This document shows positions 13,101-22,356 of a stretch of 64,000 nucleotides of DNA, piece by piece (the first letter of the stretch is position 1; the number at the start of each line of letters is the position of its first letter). The notes under the pieces are model-generated. The model was given only the letters and a program-made list of their open reading frames with translations. It searched no databases and was not told the DNA's origin. Origin of the DNA: Strigamia acuminata (lineage: Eukaryota); the NCBI GenBank assembly GCA_949358305.1, contig OX442314.1, forward strand, positions 24,304,001 to 24,368,000, given 5' to 3'. A program made the position numbers and the translations under genes.

Positions 13101-16100
13101 TTACGACCAAATGCCTCTTGCCTTTTTTTTCCCTTTCTTTTTTATTCTTGGAATCGCGGAATAATTTCCGAGCTTGGGCATTAACCACAATAAAATGCAA
13201 TGGAATAAGGGTTGTAATTGCACTTTTCTCTTCCACCGCTGCAAAAAGTTCGTAATTACCTTTTTGAAAGACCCTTTTTGAATTTTTTCTGTCATTCTTT
13301 GGTTCCGGAATTGTAAACGAACCCTTCTTTCATCATTACGGTATATTTTTTTATTTTATGTATTTTCTTAAAAATTAAATTTATTTACGTATGCAGTTTG
13401 CTAATCTTCTGAGCAATTTAATTTAAGTTTAATACAAAAGTAGGAGTTTGACGACTACTTTGTCCTTTTTTCATAATTATTTTGATAATATTGTTAGAAT
13501 TCACCACGAAGATGACCGGTAAACAAGACAGAAAACTCGCATTGTATTTCTCATTCACCAAAGTGATATACAAAGTCATAACATTTGCCATTTGTGTTTT
13601 ATTTAACAATTTATCCAGTCTTCTAGTGCTCACTCGACGACTAATTAGTATTAAATTTTCATGGTGGATTCTGACAATGTTGTCAACATACGTATTTTAC
13701 GCATGGCAGGTAATCTTCATAGCTGCATTCAAAAAGTCATTTAGACTAAACGAGTGCTTGTCTGAGGGCCGTCTCTGTTTTAAATTGTTCTCAAACATCT
13801 AAACTGAATATTCGGAACTTCAGTGGACGGCTGAGACGACAATACTGAAGTAAAATCAAATATATTTCATTTGCAGGTTGCAAGTTGCATACATCGTTTA
13901 AAGAGCTTCGCCCTTCAGAACAAAAATGTGGCTACGTTAGGTTTTACTCATTTACAGTAAGTGGTGCGTGAAAAAACAATATCTCGAAGTAATGTGCTAT
14001 TTTGATAACTACAGACCAGCTCAGTTGACAACAGTAGGTAAACGAGCTTGTCTTTGGATTCAAGATCTACTGATGGATTTGAAGAGCATTGAACGAACCA
14101 GAGACTCCCTTCCTTTTCGAGGCGTTAAAGGCACCACTGGAACTCAGGCCAGTTTTTTGCAACTTTTTAATGGAGACCACGAAAAGGTAAGTTCGTTTAA
14201 ACGCACGTTCAAAAAAAACAACAAAACTCGTTTAACTGTTTTAGCACTTTTGTCTCGACATATATATATTTTTTAAATTTTTTTATTTTGTTTAAAATAA
14301 AGGGATAAAAAATAGAAGTTAGGAAAGGTGACATGTAATTAAAGTGAAAGGTCGTCACCTCGATGCTTGTTGCATGGAGACGAGTGCGTTAATTGAAGCT
14401 TCTTTTAAAAGTGTCGACGTGATGAGTTCTTAACATGCAAAACGTCTCTAGCATTGCGAGTTTAGCAATTAGAGGCGATGTTAATGACAGCTTTCTAAAG
14501 GCAGATCATTTTGAAGGCACGCGTTGCACCAAAACGAAGAGATTAGCAAAAGTAGCGTGCATTAGCGAATGACGGTGCAACGTTAATCTTCATTTGTGCC
14601 TCAATTTGATTTGAATCATAAAATGAATTATATTTTAATAGATAATGATGGCGTTTTGGCAGAGCCCCACATTTAAATAATTGCTCCAAACTTGTTAGTG
14701 GATTAACCATCAATGTGCTTTCTTCTTCTTCTATTCTGCATTTCAGATAAAAATGTATTTGTGTGTGTGTATGGAGGAAAAAAAATCGTTAATTGCTTCA
14801 TTTCTTCGTTCATGTCATTGATAAAAATTAATGGCCGACAATTTCTTTTTTTAAGGTGAAAAGTTTGGATCGCAAAGTGGCAGAAATGGCTGGATTTGAA
14901 AAGTGAGTTTTTGTTTTGTTGTGCGATGTGATAAAACGTGATAAAATAACTTACCGTACTTATATTGGAGATTAAAATAAAATAATTTTCAATTGTTTTA
15001 TGTATCTCCCGACCAATGGGAGTATTTCAAGTACTTTTCGGAATAGAGTTTAGGTGTATTAATTGTTTGTATTTTTTTTCTTTTCTTTTTAAAGTTTGTT
15101 GATGATTTGTGGGCAAACTTACTCACGTAAAATCGATATCGAGTGCGTTTACGTTTTGTCGAGTCTAGGAGCAACAGTGCACAAAGTAAGACGAAAGTTT
15201 TGATGATCGCTGGGCGGTTAACTACATCTTCCGTTTAGATTTAATCTAATTGCGAGTAAAAAGTAAAAGGGGCCATGTGATTATTCCTTTGGCGCATTTG
15301 CCTCGGTATTTATTCCAATAAAAGCCAAATGCCAGATTAATAGAGATGGGATTTGACTCGGCACCTCTTTTCTCTTTCTCTCGGTGATGAGGTTGAGGAA
15401 TCCGTTCGGCTAATTGCGTGTGCCACACTCGCAATTTGCATTAAGTGCGTTTTCCTACATGACGTACTGCATGCGTGGGACTCATTAGGAGGGAAACTCG
15501 ATTGCAGCCAACTATTATTATTCCTTAACTGGGCCTTCGTCCTCCATCACCAACAACCAACCCTAACATTAAGAAAAACTTTTCATTTTTTAAACTCTTT
15601 ATTGCACTTGCCTTTCTTTTCTAATGAAAGCATTTATTTCTATTCATTCATTCATTCATTTTTATTTTTATTTTTATTTTTTAAGATGTGTACTGATATT
15701 CGATTATTGGCGAGTATGAAGGAAGTTGAGGAGCCGTTCGAAGACTCGCAAATAGGTAAATAAATACATTTAACGATCTTTTAATTATTTCATTAAACGG
15801 TCGTTTGAAATGCGGGATAATTGATAGGTTCAAGTGCCATGCCTTATAAAAGAAACCCAATGCGGAGTGAACGATGTTGCTCGTTGGCCCGGCATCTTAT
15901 GACTTTGTTGTCGTCGCCAATGCATACATTGTCAGTGCAATGGATGGAAAGGACATTGGACGACAGTGCCAACAGGTAAACATTAAAAAATACACACACT
16001 AGTTTGCATTAAATATTGATGAATTCATGATTTTGTGCTCTATTTGGACAATGAACTCATGATTTTTGCACTAGTTGTCAATTAATTCATGATTTTTGCA

Positions 16101-17095
16101 CAAGTTTTGCACAATTTATCAATGAATTCACGATTTTTGCATAAGGTTTGCACTATTTGTCAATAAATTCATGTTTTTGTGAATGAATTCATGATTTTTG
16201 CACAAGTTTTGCACAATTTATCAATGAATTCATGATTTTTGCATAAGGTTTGCACTATTTGTCAATAAATTCATGTTTTTTTGCACAATTTGTGAATGAA
16301 TTCATGATTTTTGCATTATTTGTCAATGAATTCATGATTTTTGCATTATTTGTCAATGAATTCATGATTTTTGCACTCGTTTTACATTATTTAAGAATGA
16401 ATTCATGATTTTTGCACTCGTTTTACATTATTTAAGAATGAATTCATGATTTTTACAGACGAATTACCATAGCCGAGGCGTTTTTAACAGCTGATGCCAT
16501 TCTTAACACGCTGCAGAATGTTTGTGAGGGGCTTGTTGTGTATCCAAAAGTAATGAAATATAATTAAATTCAAACACAGTGTGCATCAGATCTGCTAAAC
16601 GGTTTCGTTTGATAGGTAATCCAACGTAATATCAATCAAGAATTACCGTTTATGGTCACAGAGAATATTATAATGGCTGTGGTGAAAACTGGAGGGAACA
16701 GACAGGTAAATAAAACTATACTTGCAATTGTAAAATTAAAAATCAAATCATCAACTTTTTCTGTCACTTAAAGGAATGCCACGAAAAAATACGTGTATTA
16801 TCGCATCAAGCAGCGAAACAGGTCAAGGAGAACGGACTCGACAACGACTTAATAGAAAGAATTCGAAATGATCAATATTTCTCAAAAATTCACGACCAAC
16901 TGAGCCAATTGCTCGAACCCCTCTCGTTCGTTGGTCGTGCACCGCAACAGGTGAACAAACAATTCAATCCATTCCAAACGCTTAACTTAACATATTTCGA
17001 ACACACAGGTTTCAGAATTCATCGATCAAGACGTCATTCCTGCTCTTCAACCCTACACTGATAAACTACAAGACTTCGTCGTCTTAAGAGTTTGA
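7154..17095 (+). CDS. ADSL: Adenylosuccinate lyase, 13 coding exons
   Basis: Exons assembled at GT-AG junctions with consistent phase: 7154-7303, 9782-9985, 10985-11029, 13877-13956, 14015-14186, 14856-14902, 15095-15185, 15686-15755, 15828-15975, 16459-16549, 16616-16705, 16774-16950, 17009-17095 (TGA). Motifs: [54 protein letters not shown] and the fumarate-lyase signature [15 protein letters not shown]. Confidence 0.96.
8400..8690. repeat. ~20-21 bp minisatellite (AATGCATTTTCAAGTGAAAT-like) in ADSL intron 1, probably internal to a non-autonomous DNA transposon
   Basis: More than 10 imperfect tandem units with palindromic ATGCAT core; a GC-rich GGGGGCC...TTTGCCCCC stretch follows near 8790-8810. 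Confidence 0.8.
12140..12410. repeat. ~21 bp minisatellite (AAAATGCATTTTTAAATGTCT-like) in ADSL intron 3
   Basis: Tandem imperfect units with ATGCAT core flanked by A- and T-tracts. Confidence 0.8.
16015..16458. repeat. Tandem repeat built on AATGAATTCATGATTTTTGCA, filling ADSL intron 9
   Basis: About 12 units of ~30-42 bp with higher-order duplications, running up to the 3' splice site. Confidence 0.9.
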
Positions 17096-17192
17096 AAAAA
17101 CCTCCAAAACATCATTTTGCGATTTTTCAAATCATTTCCTTGTAATTTTCTCAATAGAATTACATAAATAAATCGGACTAATCAATGAAAGT

Positions 17193-20100
17193 TTAATTCT
17201 TGAGATGATAATTTTTTAAGAGGGCATCGGGCGAAGGATCGCGGCCCCGAAACCGCCTAAACACCTCACTAGGATGGCATCCACCACCTAACGAGAGGTA
17301 GGTGTCGCGAAATCTGCAATTAAAGAAACAAATATAAATTTACAGCAACCATAGAGACAAACATTAAAATATCATCGCAAAATTCACCTAGCACCGACTT
17401 GAGCTAAGGTTTCACTACTTTGATTCGAAACAGCTTCCTCGAAAGCACTAAAAACATCGGCGGCGATCATTTTGGCCCAGGTGGAAGTGTACGTGGATGC
17501 CGGAGCATCGCTACACCACAGACTCTCCATGGAGCTCGGATGCGAGTCCTGATCGTCCAAAGGAAACGGCATAAACTCCGACCACACGCGTCTCGTTACA
17601 TCCAACCAAAAACCAGTACTAAAATATAAATCAATCAATAAACAATGTATGGTGCAATGTCCACAATTTACCTAGAATACATGTGTAAATCGAGAGAACT
17701 AAAATAAAGATCACGAGTTAAGTCTAAGGCGGATAAATGACAACGTCCTGGCAAATAAAAATAATTTAAATTAATTAGAATCAAATATTAAACAATCTCT
17801 CGTCGTGTCCGACCTTTAAGGATGTTTTCAATAAGATGATCGGGTAGTGGGACATCTTCGTTGACTTTGCCGCTTACTAGTTTCAAAGTGGCGTCTGTCA
17901 TGAGGATGTTGGACATGACACGTGGACACACGTCCACGACATCCCATTCGATATTCGTGAGACCAGACACTTCGGCGTATGGAACAGTGCTTAACAAATA
18001 TTGTAAACAGTGGCCAAACTACGGTAAAAGTCAGTATAAATTAATTACAACTTATTTAATTGGTGATTATTGATGATAACCTTTTGAAATATCAAATCGA
18101 CTTCGTTGAGGGTGAGCAACGCTTGTTCGCCGGGTTTCGGAAGCGCGACGTTGAGTAATAGAAAAACGACTGGATTTGTTTTAAAGCCTAGAAGAAATGT
18201 GTAAATGTTAAATACAAATAATAATTTACTCTCGTTTGGTTGATTTAAGACCTGGTAATGATTCTAACCAAGCCGGAATAGCAAGTTTGTCTGGCGGACG
18301 TTGAAACAGATCCAAATAAAACGACCCTAAGGGTTTGCCGTCTGCAAAAAAAAAATCCAGTTTTCATTTACAATGTGCAAAAGTTAATGTTTACGCACCA
18401 GTTTTGTTGAAGACTTCGTAGTACGTCACTTTGTCATCCCACAATTCAACTTTAGATGTGGCATCCTAAAATTTTTTTTTTTAAATTAATTATTTTTAAT
18501 TTTTTTTTTTACATATTTATTTATTCGCACTTTGATTACTACGCCAAACAAGCTTCTGCACAGAATGAAAAGCCCGGAAAGAACCTTCGACAGTGGAAAA
18601 TATTGGCGCAGATCGTCATCATTTAATCTAAATTTAAAAAAAAAAAATTTAAAATATTAAAATTTAATTTTTAAATTGTTATTTTGTAATCAAATTTGTT
18701 AAACCGACCCTAAAACCTCCTGTTTATAACGGTTCCTCCAATAAGCGATGTCCCATTCGGCTAATTTCCCATCAAATCCACTCGACACTGCAAATTCCTG
18801 CAGTTCCGTCAACTGTTGCTTCAGAGCCGGCTTCGTGTGTTTGAATAACCTGGAATATAACCAACATTTAGAATATCGCCGAAATAATTTTTAATCTTCA
18901 ACATAACTCACGTAGCGATCATTATCATTACATTCTTCACAGATCCGGCCATTTTTGTTTCCATCGACATTTGAGCGTAGTTCTCAAAACCCAATAAACG
19001 CGCCTCGTCGAGTCGATGCTGACGAATTTTCTCAATATTAAGACTCGTGTTCAGCACCGAGTCGCTCAACCCAGATGATCTTGTTACATAAGCAAACCAA
19101 ACATTCCATCTGAATTCCCTACTGGGGCAATAAGTCATGAAGTTTTTGTAAACTTCCGGTTGCAAAGTCACCTGCCACGGCCCTTTTTTCGGTTTAGAAC
19201 TGAAAAATAAACAAAATTTCCACAATAATTCCATTTAATATCGAATTTTTAAACTTTTTTTTCACCTATCCCTCGCCATTTTCGCCAAAACAGACTCGGG
19301 AATATTTTCCACCAATTTCCATTCATCGACAACGTGATAGAACCGTCGTGTCGACTCGCTCACTTTTTCACTGAACATTTTTTTCTGTTCCGCTAATTTG
19401 CTCAACAAGAAACTGAAATGATCTTGCTGCGACGAACTGAATTCGATGCCTTTCAAACGAGATTCGAGCAAATATTTGTTTATAACTCGGCGCTGCGCTT
19501 CATTCAAGTGTTTCCTGTCAGCATTCAATTCCTAAAGTTGTTCCCCAATTAATATTATTAATTTTTGCTTAGGACTTTATGCCACTTGCCCTAATGCAAT
19601 GATATATAGGCAGATTGGTGAATCGCTGAACTCGCGCTTTCTGTAGTCTCGTGTGCAACTGAAAATTAAATCATTTATTAAATTATTGAATTAATGCTAT
19701 TAGATTTTAATTTAATTAACTGATTTATACGCTCTGGACACTTCTTCGTTGTTTTTGAGGAGATACATCAACTTGACTACGGTCCACGCGTGGTCAATTG
19801 GCGCCGACAGGGCGTCGAGAGGATCGAAAATCGCCGAAAATGAAGTCTGAACTGTTTTTATATTTGCGTCTGCCACTAGGGGACGAAAAAATAATATTTT
19901 TATTTTCATTTAATTTTACGAAACTCACTTGTACCCTTCAATTTGTCGGTCATTTTCGCCAGAGAACACTCGTAGTCAATGACAAGTTTTCCAATGGCAT
20001 TTATGCAGTGGTCAGTCGTGATTTTGTTAAACCGGGGATTCGAGTTGAATTGTAAAATTGGATTTGTTTCGGCCGTGTCGTCCGGTACTTGAGGGAGACT

Positions 20101-20239
20101 AAACCGCAATACAAATTTTATTTCGTTAATTATTTATGGTTTTATTAAAAACTTACAGGACTATATAAGCGTGTCGTCGAGAAATTTGTGAATACAAATT
20201 CGTAGTACATCGCCACTGCCTGAATAAGGAGGCTGCCAT
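17193..20239 (-). CDS. Peptidase M3 family (oligopeptidase A-like) protein, probably mitochondria-targeted and catalytically inactive; about 15 exons
   Basis: ATG at 20239 (MAASLFRQWRCTTNLYSQISRRHAY..., Arg-rich with no acidic residues). M3 blocks: ARLLGFENYAQMSMETKMAGS, LRQYFPLSKVLSGLF, GSFYLDLFQRP, EWDVVD, WAKMIAADVFSAFEE, RFRDTYLSLGGGCHPSEVFRRFRGRDPSPDALL. Stop TAA at 17193-17195. The HExxH position reads QKFGH. Confidence 0.9.
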
Positions 20240-20311
20240 TTTGCTGCTGTACAAACGAGAGCTACGTCTAAGCGCAGAGCGATACTTCTATTGAGTATGG
20301 CACATGCGCAA
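20225..20311. repeat. 87-bp direct repeat, copy 1 (M3 gene start codon plus proximal upstream sequence)
   Basis: Matches 21935-22021 with 5 mismatches. Confidence 0.95.
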
Positions 20312-21420
20312 GGCTACTTGAATACTATAAAGTTGCGCCATCTGGCGAAAAAATAACAATTTTGCGCGCATCGATCTGCGCACAACATCAATTTAATTAA
20401 TTTAATTTAATTTAATTCACACGCATGAAATTAGTCTCAATTTTAATTTATTTTATGTTAACATAAAATTCGAGTATTAACTCTCTGTATTAAATATCCC
20501 GAGCAATCTGATATCACATGCCAGTATATATTTTAGAACTTTTACATACGTTGCTAGTCCCGTTGACAACGTCACGCTTTTCGACCTATGACGGCAAAGT
20601 AACCACATTGCACCCCCTGGCACATGCATATTATAGAAGCAGGTGACAAATACGACCCAATCATGGGTCGTATTCAAATGAATATTCGTCTGCTATTCAG
20701 ATTATTTTCTAATTTTGATATAAATAGGCTGAAAAATGAGCAGATACCGCAGATTCTATTACCGAAGCCAAACAGCAATTACCTAGATGGCTGTTTATAT
20801 TCAAATCGGGAAAAGGATTAAATGCAATTCTTGCAAACAAGATATCAGAGCACTGCAAGATGTCGAGCAATATTCATCAGACGGTATTCTCAAGGTTGTG
20901 TTACATCCTAACACAGACCTGAATACACAACCTTGTGGAAATTATATTTCGTATGTAGTAAGTATTTATCATTAATAGTAATACCGGTAACTTCCAATAT
21001 ATTAATTGTTTTTTTTTTACTTTTTTAAAGATTAGTAATGAATGACAACGAATTTACTCAGTTACTCGGTACGCGAGAAGTAACTACTGAAGTCGATGAT
21101 TTAGCAGATGCTCTCGCGATATTCTAAAAGAACTACAATGATGATAACATACCGGTACTGAATTGATATTAATAGATATATTATTTGAAATTGCAGCGAT
21201 CCGAATATTTTGGCTGTTAATCTAGGTCCCGATCCTCCCGTAATTGAATTCGTTTGATTTCATTTTTCTAAATAGAAATTTATAGTGTAGTATTTTTGTT
21301 TTAAATTCTAAGTTTAGTTTTGTATCAATTTATTGATTTTTTGTTGTAATTCGAATTGTGTTTATGTAGCATGTGTGTTTAAAAATACTATTTTAATTAA
21401 ATGTTAAATGTTTCAATATA

Positions 21421-21688
21421 TAGGCAAAATAGATGCCTTTTTAGGCAAAAAAGATGCCTTTTTAGACAAAAAAGATGCCTTTTTAGGCAAAAAAGATGCC
21501 TTTTTAGGCAAAAAAGATGCCTTTTTAGGCAAAAAAGATGCCTTTTTAGGCAAAAAAGATGCCTTTTTAGGCAAAAAAGATGCCTTTTTAGGCAAAAAAG
21601 ATGCCTTTTTAGGCAAAAAAAGATGCCTTTTTAGGCAAAAAAGATGCCTTTTTAGGCAAAAAAGATGCCTTTTTAGGCAAAAAAGATA
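21421..21688. repeat. 21-bp minisatellite (TAGGCAAAAAAGATGCCTTTT), ~12.5 nearly identical copies
   Basis: Directly visible; it generates the repetitive ORFs at 21401-21689. Confidence 0.97.
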
Positions 21689-21769
21689 AATAATTGCTTT
21701 TTGAGTTATTCTTTTTTTTGTATAAAATTGTATAAATAGTCATTATTAAATAAAAATTGTATTTGTATT

Positions 21770-21934
21770 TAGTGTAACGTATATCAAAATTGGGGGGGAG
21801 GTGGTTAGTTTTGTTACGTAATATTCTAGGAGGGTTTATGGATTTGTTACGACCTTGTTACAGGGGGGGGGGGGGGGGAGAGGGTTTAGTCTAAAAATCA
21901 AAAAATCAGCGTTACGTAATTTATGGACGGCCCC
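21770..21934. mobile_element. Single end of a PIF/Harbinger-type MITE
   Basis: Ends ...GCGTTACGTAATTTATGGACGGCCCC followed by TAA, with G-runs and GTTACG subterminal repeats. No matching left TIR was found. Confidence 0.6.
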
Positions 21935-22021
21935 TAAGGAGGCTGTCATTTTGCTGCTGTACTAACGAGAGCTAGGTCTAAGCGCAGAGCGATACTTCTA
22001 TTGAGTATGCCATATGCGCAA
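21935..22021. repeat. 87-bp direct repeat, copy 2
   Basis: Matches 20225-20311 with 5 mismatches; begins at the TAA abutting the MITE end. Confidence 0.95.
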
Positions 22022-22356
22022 TGTGCGTGATTTCTTGGTATAGACATAGATACGTACTGCAAAAATGTAAACCCTCTTCGTTTCCTTTCTTTTCTTCTTT
22101 TCTTATTAATTCTAAGTATTTAATTTGTTAAAATAAACCGTTTCTAGTTTTATAATTTGTCATGACGTTTGAAAATATATTTTTCTCACAATTTCTCTTC
22201 GGGAAATGTTTAAAGTTTGAGAAATTAAACTTTGCATTGAAAACAAAAGGATTAACGTAATATTTTTATACGTAAATAACTTGTACTTTGATCGTATCCT
22301 TATCTTATTCGCCTATTTACTGCAAAGTTTAGAAATTCACAGATTTTTATTCAACC

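Noticed and set aside
14488..14520. 13-nt match (AGATCATTTTGAA) to the bantam microRNA
   Set aside because: The 5' and 3' ends differ from the mature sequence and no pre-miRNA-sized hairpin forms.
16015..16458. Palindromic repeat with variable spacers, superficially CRISPR-like
   Set aside because: Spacers are short and related to each other, the context is a eukaryotic intron, and there are no cas genes.
21401..21689. Repetitive ORFs (CLFRQKR)n, (KKDAFLG)n and (PKKASFL)n
   Set aside because: By-products of a stop-free 21-bp minisatellite.
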